From positions 232,440,001 through 232,504,000 of the forward strand of contig NC_086097.1 in NCBI RefSeq assembly GCF_963921235.1: a stretch of 64,000 nt of DNA, read 5' to 3'. Origin of the DNA: Mobula hypostoma. Its lineage: Eukaryota. The notes beneath the pieces were generated by a model. It saw nothing but the letters and a program-made list of their open reading frames with translations, had not been told where the DNA came from and ran no database searches. Shown here in pieces: positions 38,703-53,410 of the stretch (position 1 is its first letter; every line of letters begins with the position of its first letter). Both the position numbers and the translations under genes were made by a program.

Positions 38703-39120
38703 CCATCCCAGTAAAAGGCAACACCAGAAAACAACAAAACAATCTACACTGAAGAATGTATCTTGAACGTCAAGTCTTATAGCCCAAAAGACAAGTTTAT
38801 TGTAGCAGTTGGTTAGATCTAAAATTGTTTTTCTACAGGTATTATTTAAATTATGATTTTCACCTGAATATTAGGTGAAAGCTTTTACATTTGCACACCA
38901 CGCATAAGGTTTGGTGCTATTTATTGCACTGAATGATAGCACTGGATAATTATGCCCTTAAATTTGTAAAACCACTATGTAATTGTAAATAATAAGCTGA
39001 ATTTTTTGGAAATTTGATAATGAGTAAGATTAGAGTGATGAAAATCTGATCAATGTAATAGCTCATCAACATTGACCAAATGAAAAGCCAGCATGGTTTT
39101 GAGCACCTGTTCATTCATAG

Positions 39121-39126
39121 AATAAA
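39121..39126 (+). promoter_or_regulatory. Candidate RBBP8 polyadenylation signal (alternative at 39949-39954)
   Basis: AATAAA ~420 nt after the stop in AT-rich, repeat-poor sequence. Confidence 0.45.
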
Positions 39127-41552
39127 TCTTTTTGCAAAAAGCAAGATATGCAAGTTCTATAGTAGTTAAGCCAGAGGACCGATACTGTTCAAGTTATTCA
39201 TGGAGAAGACTGCAGTTCCTGATCTAGTCCTTGGATTGGCCTGAGCTGCCTATAAGATAACATGGTTGTGTCAGACTCGTGTCTTTTTGGCTTCGTACCT
39301 GCCTCCATGTCATGATGACAGGGGACATGCAGCCGCATTCCTGTTCTTATTAACGATGCAGTTCATCTTGCTAGAAAGTAGTTTTTTTTTGGGTATCTTC
39401 TGAAATGAATACTGGCTCAGCTGTGAGAAATGTCACGCCAGTCTTCACTGTTACTTGGAGAAGACGAGGGTGGTCGGCCTCTGTCCCCCGGGCTAGTGTT
39501 GTCACCAGTGGAGGAGATATAAAAAGACTGATAGCGGAATGGGAAATTTGCCGACATCAAGAGGGAGCTGGTGATTGATCAGTCAGTAGATAAGGAGGCA
39601 AACTTACGGTTAATATTAATATTCATGCTACTCTCCAATACTGTTTTAAAGGTTAAACACATGACTTAAGCAGGCACTTAAATGTAATGCTGAGATGTAA
39701 TAGGTTAAACGTCATTAAAGGTGGAATTTTTCAAAAGAAGTATTACACTGAGGGCCTCTGAATCTGTTCTGTATTATTCCAGTGTATGGTGAAGTCCCAT
39801 GATTCAACTCAGACAAGAACATTCCCAGTGCAGTCATTACCGTTCAGTATTCTGCCATGTGTTCAGACCTTATTGTGCATACTGAATGCAATGTTAACTG
39901 ACCTGCAGTTTGATGTTTGTGAAGCATTTGAAGGGTGATGATGCACTGAATAAAAACAATTTCTGTATTTTTCATGTTTCACAAGTTGGGTGTCAGGCAC
40001 TGCAGCTGCCAGCATCCTAGACAGAATAGAGCATGTTTAGGATATTTTCCCATGCGGCCCCGGGGGTAAGTAATAGATACCTTCACCTTGGTAATTAACA
40101 TTGAACATGACGCATTGCACCTAGCTCTCCAGAAAATGCTTTTTCTCTAAAGAAGCACCATGGACGTTTGGTTGCTAAGTACATTTATACAGAAACAAGT
40201 GAATATAATGCTGCCTAATACTTTCTATAAAAATACTAATGATTCAGCTTATAAGTATATTTGATTAAAAAGATTTAGAAAGCCTCTCATAGCAGCACAA
40301 ATTTTATCCATTACTGATTTATATCTCAAAGTTAAATTTCTTTTAAATGTAGTACCATTTTATCTACCCCTATAGTGTGGAGCCACAAAGAATTGGTGCA
40401 AAGAACTTCAGTGGCATTGAGGTGTTCTAAACACAATTTGATTTAATTAGATCAGACAATATTTGTGTCACTTGTCACATTTTAAACAATGAATTTAAAT
40501 TTGTCTTTGTAATGGCCCAATTACATCTTGAACTGGATTTGAATTGTAGATAAAATGATTTAACCATATCAGGCAAAGCTTTTGGTGTCAATGTATCCAG
40601 TGGTCCACCCTGATGAGTTGCAATTTTGCACTGAAATGAATCCAATGAAATCAGTTTAGCGATAGAATTAACAAAATTTCAGTCTTCTGTGCAAATTCCG
40701 TACAATTTTCTGTTAAAACTTGTGTCGTACCGAGGAAATTCCATGACCAGGTGAGTTTGCTCTGGGTTCACTGGTTTCCTTCCACATCCCAAAGATTAGT
40801 AGGTTGAAATTTGGGTGGGGTGGATTTGTTAGACTGGATGGGCCTGTATCACTAAAAACAAATTTAGACCAACTGTAGTCTGCAAGTTGAACAGTAACGT
40901 AGGAAAGGTTGGAGAGTAATTGGGTCAAGGAAGAACCTCGAGGGAGGAAAGTAAAGGGTGGAGTGACCTGATGCGATAAATTAAGTCATGGGTAGAACAA
41001 GAAAGCCGTCCCATTTAAGAGTGCACAAAACAAAGCACCTTAACTGGGATTGTGATGAGGGGCTTTGCAAAAATCAAGGGTTTTTAATGATGGAACATAA
41101 GAAATATTACTCGTCTCTAACTTTCCCGTCATTAACTGGAAAAATTGCAAATGCGTTTGGCAGGGGAGTAAAGCATAGTGTGTCTGTGTGTGTTTGTGGG
41201 CCTCCAGCAGCAGTCGCAATGAGATGTGAGAGATATTCCATGTGGGTTAATTTCAGGGAAAATCCTGGGGAAAGGGCCATGGAACTGGAGTGAACCTGGG
41301 AACTGGCTTTGACAGGACAAATTGGATGTGCTAGGAAGCTTCCTGGTAGCTCCTTACCCACCTTACTCCTACAGTAGCTGCCTCTACTCACTTCTCTCTA
41401 TCATTCTCTTCCTACATGTCCTTCACCCTCTCAATCTCAACCCCACAGTTTTGTCTATTCATTCAGATCTGTTTTCAGAATCCTCGGTCCTCCATTCCAC
41501 CCTGCATTTCTGCAACTGCTTATGGTATTCATCTCTATATTCACCCCTGAAA

Positions 41553-41760
41553 TACACACAAAACACTGGAGGAACTCCACAGGCCAGTCAGCATCTATGG
41601 AAAAGAGAACAGTCGGCGTTTTGGACTCAGGCTCTTCAGCAGGGTCTTGGCCAAAACGACAGCTGTACTCTTTTCCATGGATGCTGCCTGGCCTGCGGAG
41701 TTCCTCCTGTGTCCTGTGTGTGTTGCTCGGATTTCCTGCATCTGCAAATTTATCTTTTCT
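41553..41760. mobile_element. Short palindromic Penelope-derived insertion
   Basis: Inverted arms joined near 41640 inside the hammerhead core. Confidence 0.8.
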
Positions 41761-43759
41761 GGGATTAGTCACTCCTGCATTTTGTTTTTGTAAAGGCACA
41801 AACAGTAGTATTTCTTGCTGTAGTAAGATGTAAAATTGTGCAGATTAACTTTCAGGCACTGAAGTGTTGAGATGAAACTTTCAGTTGGAAACAATTAACA
41901 GTTGGTGTGCCACCTGGTGATGCATTGTAAAACTACATCCAAAGATAAATAGTTGTGCAGTAATTATGTACAAAAGCTAAGAATCCTGCAAATAAAGTAA
42001 AAAAAAGAGAAAATCCAGGAGACACTGTTAGCATCAGTTGAGAGAGAGAAAAACTTAACATGTCAACTTGATGACCTTTCATGGTTTCTGTTTTTTTAAA
42101 TATATTTCTCAAGAAACTATTTGCACAGCAATGGTAATGCTCTTATTCTTAAAAATCCCAGGACAGGGAAAAGTGTATCCTTTTGGAACTGATTCATAGT
42201 TTCAATCTGGTATTTGATATTTCTGCTGTCCAGAGACAGAACTGTCTCACTGCTGAAGTATTACTGCCAGGCAGGTGTTGTTCAGCTTCCCTAATATTTG
42301 AAAATGATACTGATTGTAACTTCAAAACATTAAACTAATTAAAAGAAAAACGGGAGTCCAGAATGAGAGTCTAACTTCATATTTCAGCCCACATATCACG
42401 TGGTAGTGTGATGACGTGTGCAATTCACTTGTTTTACATATCACTCAACTAGTTATTAAACAAAGGCGGCTTAATCAACAACATATTTACAAGACTGTAA
42501 AAATAAAAGTTACTATACAAAAAATAAACAGTATGAAAGAGGAAGAGCAAGATGGTGATCATGGGCCATTCTGAAATCTGATGGTGGAGGGGAAAACGCT
42601 TGTGCTCAGGTTAGTGTGTGTATATTCAGGCTCCTGTCCCACCGACTCAATAGTAGTAACAATGAGGATCCTTAATGACGAACACTGCCTTTTGAAGATT
42701 CCCTTGATAATTTGTGTAGTAGTATTTGTATTTACTGAACATACTCATCTTCACAGTTACTTCATCAGTCTGTAAGTTATTAATTGTCAAATTCTGACAT
42801 TTCTACTTTATTGGCTCTATCAAAAAAAGGATTTTAACCCACTAGGAAAGAACTGAATTATCACAATACCTGATTTTAAGGATTCTATGTCTGATTAAGG
42901 AGATCAAAGTCTTCACACCTTGTAAACTACATAATTTTGAGATTAAGGTAGCATTTGGCTCTCCTGCGTTGCAATTATCTCCCTCGAGAAATTTGTTTGT
43001 ATGATGCAGAGGTGTCAAGTTTATATAAATAAAGTTAAACCAGAGTTTGTTACGTGGTCAATATTCATATTAATGATAATCCTACCTCTGATCATTCTTA
43101 TGAACATTTTGTTGCCCTCCTGCCTGGAACCAGGACCATGAGAGAAATTACAGTTAAAAATGGTGTCTTGATGCTGCAATGCAATTTAAATTCTCTGAGC
43201 TGGCTAATTTCTCTGACCCATGTGACCTAAAGTGCTCAGTAAATGAAATGGTTATTGTTTTTCTTTCAACATAACTTGACAGATATATTAAACACAGTGG
43301 CCCCGCTTAGGGTTAAAAACAAATCAATTAGTAAAGTGTCACCTGGTTAAACAATTCTGTCCGCAAACTCAGAGATCATGCAGGGTAGCTGAGAGAAAAT
43401 GAAGTAAAACTGGACTAGAAGTCCATTGTACTATTTTCATGGAAAGACTATCCACCTTTTAATGCTGCTATACGCCCTGACAAGAAGAGTATATTTTTCC
43501 AAGATTACTACAGAGAATAGCAGAGATTCAAAAATATTGTTCTCAACTATAAACTGACTGTTAACCCCTGCCCCAACCTACAGTGTCCTAAGTCACGTGT
43601 CTACCATAAAATGTGAGGAATTCACAATATTTTTATCAACAAGATTACTTCCATTAGGGAGAGTATAGCTAATCTCGTAAAAAGACAGCAACAATGTCAA
43701 AATTTGCAAGTATTTCCAATTCAGAATTCTAAGTTTGCAATGAAGAATAAATAATCTAC

Positions 43760-45830
43760 TTGCTGTCTCGGCCCTGTCCCCACCACACTTCTTAAGGATT
43801 CTTTTAATGGTGTTTTTTATTGTTGTTAAGAAAAAATATTAACACTTTCCTTGAAACTATAATTTTTCCAGATACCTTCAAAACTGTAGCTGCCAAACCT
43901 TGATAGTAAGGCACTAGCTAACTACAGACATAAATCAAATCTTCCCTTCCTGGCCAAGATTCTTGAGCAAGTCATTTTCAACCAACTCAGCTTTCTGAAT
44001 GAGAAAAATATTCGAGAAAAGTTTCAGTCAGGTTTTAGAGTAAACCACAGCACAAAGTTGGCCCTTACCTAAATTCTCAGCAACCTTAGGCTCAGTACTA
44101 AGACTATAAGATGTAAGAGCAGAATTAGGGCTATCGAGTCTGCTCTGCCATTTCATCATGGGTGATCCAATTTTCCTCTCAGTCTCAATCTCCTGCCTTC
44201 TCCCCATATCCCTTCATGCCCGGACCAATCAAGAATCTATCAACCTCTGCCCAAAATATACATTAAGGCTTGGCCTCCACAGATGCCTGTGGCAATGAAT
44301 TCCACAGATTCACCACTCTCTGGCTAAAGAAATTGCTCCTCATCTCTGTTCTTAGAGGACATCCCTCTATTCTGAAGCTGTGTACTCTAGTCCTAGATTC
44401 TTTGACCATAGGAAATATCCTCTCCACATCCACTCTGTCAAGGCTTTTCACTATTTGATAGGTTTCAATTAGGTCATCCAGCATTCTTCTGAATTCTAAT
44501 GAGTACAGGCCCAGAGCCATCAAACGCTCTTCATATGACAAACCATCTGTTAGTGGAATCAATTTCATGAACCTCCTTTGAACCCTCTCCAGTTTCAGCA
44601 CATTCTATCTAAAATGAGAGGCCCAAACCGAGTCTCAGTAATGATGTCAGCAGAGTCTCATTTCTAATTCTGCTAGATCTCAGTGCTGCCTTTGACCCAA
44701 TTGACCACAACATCTCTACAATTGCCTTGAGAACTGGGTAGGCCTCTCTCGTAGTGCCCTTAATTGGTTTTGTTCATATATCTTAGATTTTTTTTGTCTG
44801 CCTTGGAGACCAATTTTCTAAGAGGTTAAATGTACCTTTTGGTGTTGTTTGGGGAAGCTGTCTCGGTCCCCTACTCTTCACCTTATAAAAGCTCCCCTTA
44901 GGAGACCTCATTAGAGAGCATAAACCTGATTTCCAGAGTTCTGCAGATGACACACAATTGTATATCTCTGTTGAGCCTGATCATGATAACACTGATTTCT
45001 CTGACATGTGGTACAGCTGCAATATACAAATGGATGAGCAATAATTTCCTAAAACTTAATGAAGATAAAACAGCAATACTCTTGGTTGGCCCCAAAGCCA
45101 AAAGAGATGAACTTGGGAACTTGGCTCCTCTTGTAAAATCGGAAGTAACAAGCCTGGGCATTATCCTTGATTCAGATTTGAATTTTAAATCCCACATAAA
45201 GAAATTGAACAGAGCAGCATTCCTACACTTAAGAAATATTGCAACGGTATATTTGTTTCTGTCACGTAGGATGCTAAAAAACTAATTCACACATTTATAT
45301 GGAATAGACTAGATTACTGCAATACACTTTTTACTGGCCTTCTAAAGCAATCTATTGACACTTCAACTCATTCAGAATGCTGCTAGTGGACTTTCAACCA
45401 AAACCAGGATAAGGGAACAAATCACACCCATACTAGCTACTCAACTTTGGATTCCTATATCTTTTAACATTCATTCTGAAGTTCTCTTACTTGTTTTTAA
45501 AAGCTCTTAATAGTTTGGGACCAGAGTACATCACAGAATCACTTTCATTTAGCAATCCTGATAGAGCTCTCAGGGTTTCTTCTGCTCTCTTAAATTTAAA
45601 CATTCTCCCTCAAAAGATAATTGGCAGATCAGCTTTTGTGAAGTAGGCTCCTATACTCTGGAATTCAATACCTAAAACTATAAGGGATGCAGACTCAGTT
45701 GACACTCCTAAATGCAAGTTCAAAGCCTATTTACATAACCTTGATTTTTACATTATATTCATATTTGTACTTTTATCCCACTTTGAGCTACATTATCTGT
45801 ATGAAAAATGCTCTATAAATAAAAGCTAGT
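43760..45830 (+). mobile_element. Degenerate L2 LINE interrupted by CR1
   Basis: SNLPFLAKILEQ, FQSGFRVNHST, LLDLSAAFD, WMSNNFLKLNEDKT, RLDYCN remnants. Confidence 0.85.
44098..44633 (-). mobile_element. CR1 3' fragment nested in L2
   Basis: LERVQRRF...FFSQRVVNLWNSLP. Possible TSD ctcagta at 44091-44097 and 44634-44640. Confidence 0.85.
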
Positions 45831-45844
45831 GTTATAATGTCATA

Positions 45845-48362
45845 GTCATAGAAAAGTACAGCACAGATACAGGTACTTCAGCCCATCTCGTCTGTGCTGA
45901 GCTATTTAAACTGCCTACTTCCATCCCTCCATACCCCTGCCGTCCACGTTCCTATCCAAGCATCTCTTCAACGTTGAAAGCAAGCTTGCATGTGCCACTT
46001 GTGCTGGCACCTCATTCCATACTCTCCCAAACCTCTGAGTGAACCATATAACAATTACAGCACGGAAACAAGCCATCTCGGCCCTTCTAGTCCATGCCGA
46101 ACTCTTATTCTCACCTGCACTCAGCCCATAACCCTCCATTCCTTTCCTGTCCATATAGCTGTCCAAATTAACTTTAAATGACAACATTGAACCTGCCTCA
46201 TCCACTTCTGCTGGAAGCTCGTTCCACACAGCTACCACTCTCCGAGTAAAGAAGTTCCCCCTCATGTTACCCCTAAACTTTTGTCCTTTAACTCTCAACT
46301 CATGTCCTCTTGTTTGAATATTCCCCACTCTCAATGGAAAAAGCCTATCCATGTCAACTCTTATCTATCCCCCTCATAATTTTAAATACCTCTATCAAGT
46401 CCCCCCTCAACCTTCTACACTCCAAAGAATAAAGACCTAACTTGTTCAACATTTCTCTGTAACTTAGGAGATGAAATCCAGGTAACATTCTAGTAAATCT
46501 TCCCTGTACTTTCAATTTTGTTGATATCTTTCCTATAATTCGGTGACCAGAACTGTACACAATATGCCAAATTTGGCCTTACCAATGCCTTGTACAATTT
46601 CAACATTACATCCCAACTCATTGCACTGAGATGCAACACAGAGCGTCATAGGAAGTCATTCCTGCCTGTGGCCATCAAACTTTACAACTCCTCCCTTGGA
46701 GGGTCAGGCACCCTGAGCCAATAGTCTGGTCCTGGACTTATTTCCTGGCATAAATTACATATTACTATTTAACTATTTATGGTTTTATTACTATTTATTA
46801 TTTATGGTGCAACTGTAACAAAAACCAATTTCCCCCCGGGATCAATAAAGTATGACTATGACTATACTCAATGCTCTGATTTATAAAGGCCAGCATACCA
46901 AAAGCTTTCTTTACCACCCTATCCACATAAGATTCCACCTTCAGGGAACTATGCACCATTATTCCTAGATCCTTCTGTTCTACTGCATTCCTCAATGCCC
47001 TACCATTTACCATGTATGTCCTATTTTGACTAGTCCTACCAAAATGCAGCACCTCACATTTATTAGCATTAAACTCCATCTGCCATCTTTCAGCCCACTC
47101 TTGTAACTGGCATAAATCTCTCTGCAAGCTTTGAAAACTTACTTCATTATCCACCTATCTGCATACTTACTAATCCAATTTACCACCCCATCATCCAGGT
47201 CATTAATATATATGACAAACAGCATTCGACCCAGTACAGATCCCTGAGGCATACCACTAGACACCAGCCTCCAATCTGACAAACAGTTATCCACCACTAT
47301 TCTCTGGCATCTCCCATCCAGCCACTGCTGAATCCATTTTACTACTTCAATATTAATACCTACGATTGAACCTTCCGTGTGGAACCTTGTCAAAAGCCTT
47401 ACTGAAGTCCATATAGACAACATCCACCACTTTACCCTCGTCAACTCTCCTAGTAACCTCTTCAAAACATTCAATAAGATTTGTCAAACATGACCTTCCA
47501 CACACAAATCCATGTTGACTGTTCCTAATCAGACCCTGTCTGTCCAGATAATTATATATACCATCTCTAAGAATACTTTCCATCAATTTACCCACCACTG
47601 ACGTCAAACTCACAGGCCAATAATTGCTAGGTTTACTCTTAGAACCCTTTTTAAACAATGGAACAACATGAGCAATACGCCAATTCTCTGGCACTATCCC
47701 AGTTTCTAATGACATTTGAAATATTTCTGTCAGAGCCCCTGCTATTTGCACACTAACTTCCCTCAAGGTCCTAGGGAATATCCTGTCAGGACCCGGAGAC
47801 TTATCCACTTTTATATTTCTTAAAAGCGCAAGTACTTCCTCTTCTTTAATCATCATAGTTTCCATAACTACCCTACTTGTTTCCCTTACCTTACACAATT
47901 CAATATCCTTCTTAGTGAATACTGAAGAAAAGAAATTGTTCAAAATCTCCCCCATCTCTTTTGGCTCCGCACATAGCTATCCACTCTGATTCTCTAAGGG
48001 ACCAATTCTATCCCTCACTATCCCTTTGCTATTAATATAACTGTAGAAACCCTTTGGATTTATTTTCACCTTACTTGCCAAAGCAACCTCATATCTTCTT
48101 TTAGCTTTTCTAATTTCTTTCCTAAGATTCTTTTTACATTCTTTATATTTCTCGAGCACCTCATTTACTCCAAGCTGCCTATATTTATTGTAGATCTCCC
48201 TCTTTTTCCGAACCATGTTTCCAATATCCCTTGAAAACCATGGCTCTCTCAAACTTTTAACCTTTCCTTCCAACCTAACAGGAACATAAAGATTCTGTAC
48301 CCTCAAAATTTCACCTTTAATTGACCTCCATTTCCCTAATTACATCCTTCCCATAAAACACG
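45845..48362 (-). mobile_element. CR1 cluster (two 3' ends, ORF2 remnants) with nested Rex-type 3' end at ~46620-46866 (+)
   Basis: KSPGPD, PVSLTSVVGKLME, DFSKAFDKVPH. The nested piece matches 7627-7870 and has a (TATGAC)n tail. Confidence 0.88.
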
Positions 48363-48404
48363 TTCCAGAATCAAGTTTCAGAATTCAAGTTTCTGAAGAA
48401 GTTT

Positions 48405-49578
48405 CAGAATCAGAATCAGGTTTATTATCACCGCTATGTGACGTGAAATTTGTTAACTTAGCGGCAGCAGTTCAATGCAATACGTAATCTTGCAGAGAGA
48501 AAAAAATAATAACAAATAAAATAAAAATAAATACACAAGTAAATCAATTACATATATTGAATAGATTTTGAAAAATGTGCAAAAACAGAAATACTGTATA
48601 TTTTTTTTAAAGAGTGAGGTAGTGTCCAAAGATTCAATGTTCACTTAGGAATCAGATGACAGAGGGGAAGAAGCTGTTCCTGAATCGCTGAGTGTGTGCC
48701 TTCAGGCTTCTGTACCTCCTACCTGATGCTAACAGTGTAAAAAGGCCTTGTCCTGGGTGTTGCAGGTCCTAAATAATGGACGCTGCCTTTCTGAAACACC
48801 GCTCCCTAAAGATGTCCTGGGTACTTTGTAGGCTAGTACCCAAGATGGAGCTGACTAGATTTATAACCTTCTGCAGCTTCTCTCAGTCCTGTGCGGTAGC
48901 CCTTCCATACCAGACAGAGATGCAGGCGGTCAGAATGCTTTCCACAGTACAACTATAGGAGTTGTTGTTGAAATGCCACATCTCTTCAAACTCCTAATAA
49001 AGTATAGCCGCTGTCTTGCCTTCTTTATAACTACATCGATATGTTGGGACCAGGTTAGATCCTCAGAGATCGTGACACCTTGGAACTTGAAGCTGTTCAC
49101 TCTCTCCACCTCTGATCCCTCGATAAGGATTGGTATCTGTTCCTTCGTCTTACCCTTCCTGAAGTCCACAATCAGCTCTTTCATCTTACTGACGTTGAGT
49201 GCCAGGTTGTTGTTGTGGCACCATTCCACTAGATGGCCCTCTCATCACCACCTGAGATTCTACCAACAATGGTTGTATCATCAGCAAAGTTATAGATGGT
49301 ATTTGAGCCTAGCCACACAGTCATGGGTATAGAGTAGAGCAGTGGGCTAAGCACACACCCCTGAGGTGCACCAGTGTTGATCATCAACAAGGAGGATATG
49401 TTATCACCAATCCGCACAGATTGTGGTCCTCTGGTTAGAAAGTTGAGGATCCAATTGCAGAGGGAGGTACAAAGGCCCAGGTTCTGCAACTTCTCAATCA
49501 GTATTGTGAGAATGATGGTGCTAAATACTGAGCTATAGTCGATGAACAGCATCTTGACGTAGGTGTTTGTGTTGTCCC
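48405..49578 (-). mobile_element. Rex1/Babar-type LINE 3' portion
   Basis: [45 protein letters not shown]. (ATTCTG)n tail. Confidence 0.85.
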
Positions 49579-50165
49579 CTCATGTTCTTCTTAAGCTTTT
49601 CACCTTCACCCTTAACCCATGACCCCTAGTTGTACTCCCACCCAACCTCAGTGGAAAAAGCCTGCTTGTATTTATCATATCTATACCGCTCATAATTCTG
49701 CAGACCTCTATCAAATCTCCTTTCAATCTTCTACGTTGCGAGGAATAGTGTCCGAACCTATTCAACCTTACCTTATAACTCCGGTCCTCCAGTCCGGGCA
49801 ACATCCTTGTAAATTTTCTCTGTGCTCTTTCAACCTTATTTTCACCTTTCCTGTAGGTAGGTGACCAAAACTGCATGCAAAACTCCAAATTAGGCCTCAC
49901 CAATGTCTTGTATAACTCCAACATAACATCCCATCTCCTGTACTCAGTACTTTGATTTATGAAGGTTAAAAGCATTTTGTACAACCCTGTCTTGCCACTT
50001 CAAATGAATTATGGACCTGTATTTCCAGATCCATTCATTTGACCACACTCCTGAATGCCTTACCATTCACTGGGTAAGACCTACCCTGGTTGTTCTGACC
50101 AAAGTGCAACACTTTGCACTTTTCTCCATTAAATTCCATCTGCCATTTTTCATCCCATTTTTCCT
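49579..50165 (-). mobile_element. CR1 fragment
   Basis: LVRPNLEFCMQFWSP. Confidence 0.8.
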
Positions 50166-50289
50166 GCTGTATAGGGACTGGATATCCATAGTGAAAATGA
50201 GACAATCGGGGTCGGGGAATTTAAGGTCATTGAAAAGATAGAGAGCATATAAAGAGTGAAGTGAAGTGTGATGTGAGAAGGACTTAACA

Positions 50290-51213
50290 GAGAGTCAACA
50301 CCCGTAAGGCAGCCGGGTCAGATAATAGCCCACTCTGAGTACTCAGGGAGCATGCATAGCTCACTGACATCTTCATGGACATCTTCGACATTTCACTTAT
50401 CCAGGCTGCTGCCCCCACATCAGGTACCATCATCCCTGTACCAAAGAACTCTACACTTTCAGAACTAAATGACTTCTGCCCAATAGCATTGATACCAATC
50501 ATCATGAAGTGCTTTTAATGACTGGTGATGGCATATATGAAAAGCTCCATTCCTATCACATTGGACACTCCCCAATGTGCTTACTGACAGAACCATTCCA
50601 TAACAGATGCCATAGCATCTGTCATGCACCTGGCTCTAACACACCTAGGAAACGAGGCGAATTATGTCGGAATGCTGTTCCTGAATTTCAGCTTGGCATT
50701 CACACTTTTGTCCCATAAACCTTGGTGAACAAACTCTTAATTACACCACCATGCTGTGAAATACACAAATATGTGTTGGACTTCCTCACCAACAGACTTC
50801 AGTCGGAATACATAACCGCTCTTCTCTCCCCGTCATCCTCAACACAAATGACTCCCAGGGCTGTGTACAGAGCCCATTGCTGTACACTCTGCTCACATGT
50901 GACTGCATGGCAAAACACTGGAATAATCACATTGTCAAATTCATCAAAGACATGATAGTGGTGGGGCTGCTCACTAACAAAGATGATGAGATGGCTTACA
51001 GAGAGAGGAGGTGGAAGAGCTTGAGGCCTGGTGCCAGGCAAATAACCTCTTCTTCAATGTCAACAGGACAAATAAGAGGGTTATCAACTTCAGAAAAACA
51101 CAAACTATCCACACCCCTTTTTACATCATCAGCACAGCATGCAGTTTCAAACTCCTGGGGGTGCACATCTCACACAACCTCTCATGGTCCCTGAATGCAT
51201 CCTACACAATCAG
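50290..51213 (+). mobile_element. Degenerate Rex1/Babar RT fragment
   Basis: DFLTNRLQ, WCQANNLFFNV, FKLLGVHIS remnants. Confidence 0.7.
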
Positions 51214-51870
51214 GAAATGCCTTATAGAACTTCAACATAACATCCCATCTTCTGTACTCAGTATATTGATTTATAAAGGCCAATGTGCCAAAGGCGTTCT
51301 TTCCGACCCTATATACCTGTGACGACACTTTCAGCAAGTTATGTACCTGGTATCTGTATCTGCAGATCCCCTTGTTCTACCACACTCCTCAGTGCCCTAC
51401 TGGTCACTGTGTAAGAGCTACCCTGGCTGGTCCTACCAAAGTTCAAATCCTTACACTGATCTGAACTAAATTCCATCTGCCATTGTTCCAGCTGATACAG
51501 ATCCCTCTGCAAGCCATGATAGCCTTCCTCACTGTCCACTACACCCCCGATCTTGGTGTCATCAGCAAATTTGCTAATCCAGTTAACCAAGTCGTCATCC
51601 AAACTGTTGATATAGACGACAAACAACGAAGGACCCAGCACCGATCTCTGCGGAACATCACTCGTCATAGGCCTTCAGTCAGAGAGGCAACTATCGAGTT
51701 TCCCCCACTAATCCGATTTACGACCTCATCCTGAATGCCAAGCCACTGAACTTCCTTTCTAGGACGAAGGAGATGTCCTCCTCTTTCCAAAGAAAGAGGC
51801 TTCCCTTCCTCCACCATCAACGCTGCCCTCAACTGCATTTCTTCCATTTCATGCATGTCTGCCCTTACCC

Positions 51871-53410
51871 CAGCAACACATACAAAATGCTGGAGGAACT
51901 CAGCAGGCCAGGCAGCATCTATGGAAAAAAGCACAGTTGCCGTTTCGGACCGAAACCCTTCAGTAGAACTGGAGAAAAAAGGCTGAGAAGTAGATTTGAA
52001 AGATGGGAGGGGGGCAGAAAGAAACACTAGATGGAAGGTGAAACTTGGAGGGGAAGGGATGAAGCAAAGAGCTAGGAGATTGATGGGTGATAGAGACAGA
52101 AGGCCATGGGAAGAAAGAAAAAGGGGGACGAGCACCAGAGGGAGGCGATAGGCAGACAAGGAGATAACGTGAGAAAGGGACAAGGGGATGGAAAAAGATG
52201 AAGGGCGGGGGGCATTACTGGAAGTTTGAAAAATCGATGTTCATGCCATCAGGCTGGAGGCTACCCGAACGGAATATAAGGTGTTGCTCCTCCAACCTAA
52301 ATGTGGCCTCATCACGACAGTAGAGGAGGCCATGGATAGACATATCGCAATAGGAATGGGAATGGGAAGTGGAATTAAAATGGGTAGCCACTGGGAGATC
52401 CCGCTTGTCCTGGCGGACAGAACGTAGGTGCTCGGTGAAGTGGTCTCCTAATCCACGTTGGGTCTCACCGATATACAGGAGGTCGTAGCAGGAGCACTGG
52501 ACACAGTATATGACCCCAACAGGCTCACAGGTGAAGTGTCAACTCACCTGGAAGGACTATTTGGGGCCCTGAATGGTAGTGAGGGAGGAGGGAGGTTAGT
52601 GGGGAGGGACGAATGGACAAGGGAGTCATGTAGGGAGTGATCCCTGCGGAAAGCATAAAATGGGGTGGGGTGGGGGAGGGAAGATGTGCTTGGTGGTGGG
52701 ATCCAGTTGGAGGTGGTGGAAGTTTTGGAGAATTATGTGCTAGATGCAGAGGCTGGTGGGGTGGTAGGTGAAGACATCAGTCCCCCAGTGTGGCCTCCTG
52801 TATATCGGCGAGACCCAACGTAGATTAGGAGACCGCTTCGCCGAGCATCTATGCTCCGTCCGCCAGAGCAAGCAGGATCTCCCAGTGCCCATTCCCATTC
52901 CGATATGTCCATCCATGGCCACCTCCACTGTCGCGATAAGACCACACTTAGCTTGGAGGAACAACACCTTATATTCCATCTGGGTAGCCTCCAACCTGAT
53001 AGCATGAACATCGATTTCTCAAACTTCCAGTAATGCCTCCCCCTTCACCAATTCCCATCCCCTTTTCCCTCTCTCATGTTATCCTTGTCTGCCCATTGCC
53101 TCCCTCTGGTGCTCCTCCCCCCCCACCCCTATTTTCTTTCTTCCATGACCTTCTGTCACTTTCACCAATCAACTTCCTAGCTCTTTGCTTCATCCCTCCC
53201 CCTCCAAGTTTCACCTATCGCCCGGTGTTTCTCTCTCCCCTCCTTCCACCTGTCAAATCTACTCCCCAGCTTTTTATCTCCAATCTTGCCGAAGGGTTTC
53301 TGCCCAAAATGTCAATTGTGCTTTTTTCCATAGATACTGCCTGGCCTGCTGAGTTCCTTCAGCATTTTGTGTGTGTTGCTCGGATTTCCAGCATCTGCAG
53401 ATTTTCATTT
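51871..53410. mobile_element. Palindromic Penelope-like insertion nested in another Penelope copy
   Basis: Minus arm to ~52778, plus arm with LLYIGETQRRLGDRFAEHL. Imperfect flanking repeat cttacccc / cttatacccc. Confidence 0.85.

Noticed and set aside
38858..38880. Small hairpin in the 3'UTR (tttcacctga-ata-ttaggtgaaa)
   Set aside because: Short, AT-rich and expected by chance; no motif match.
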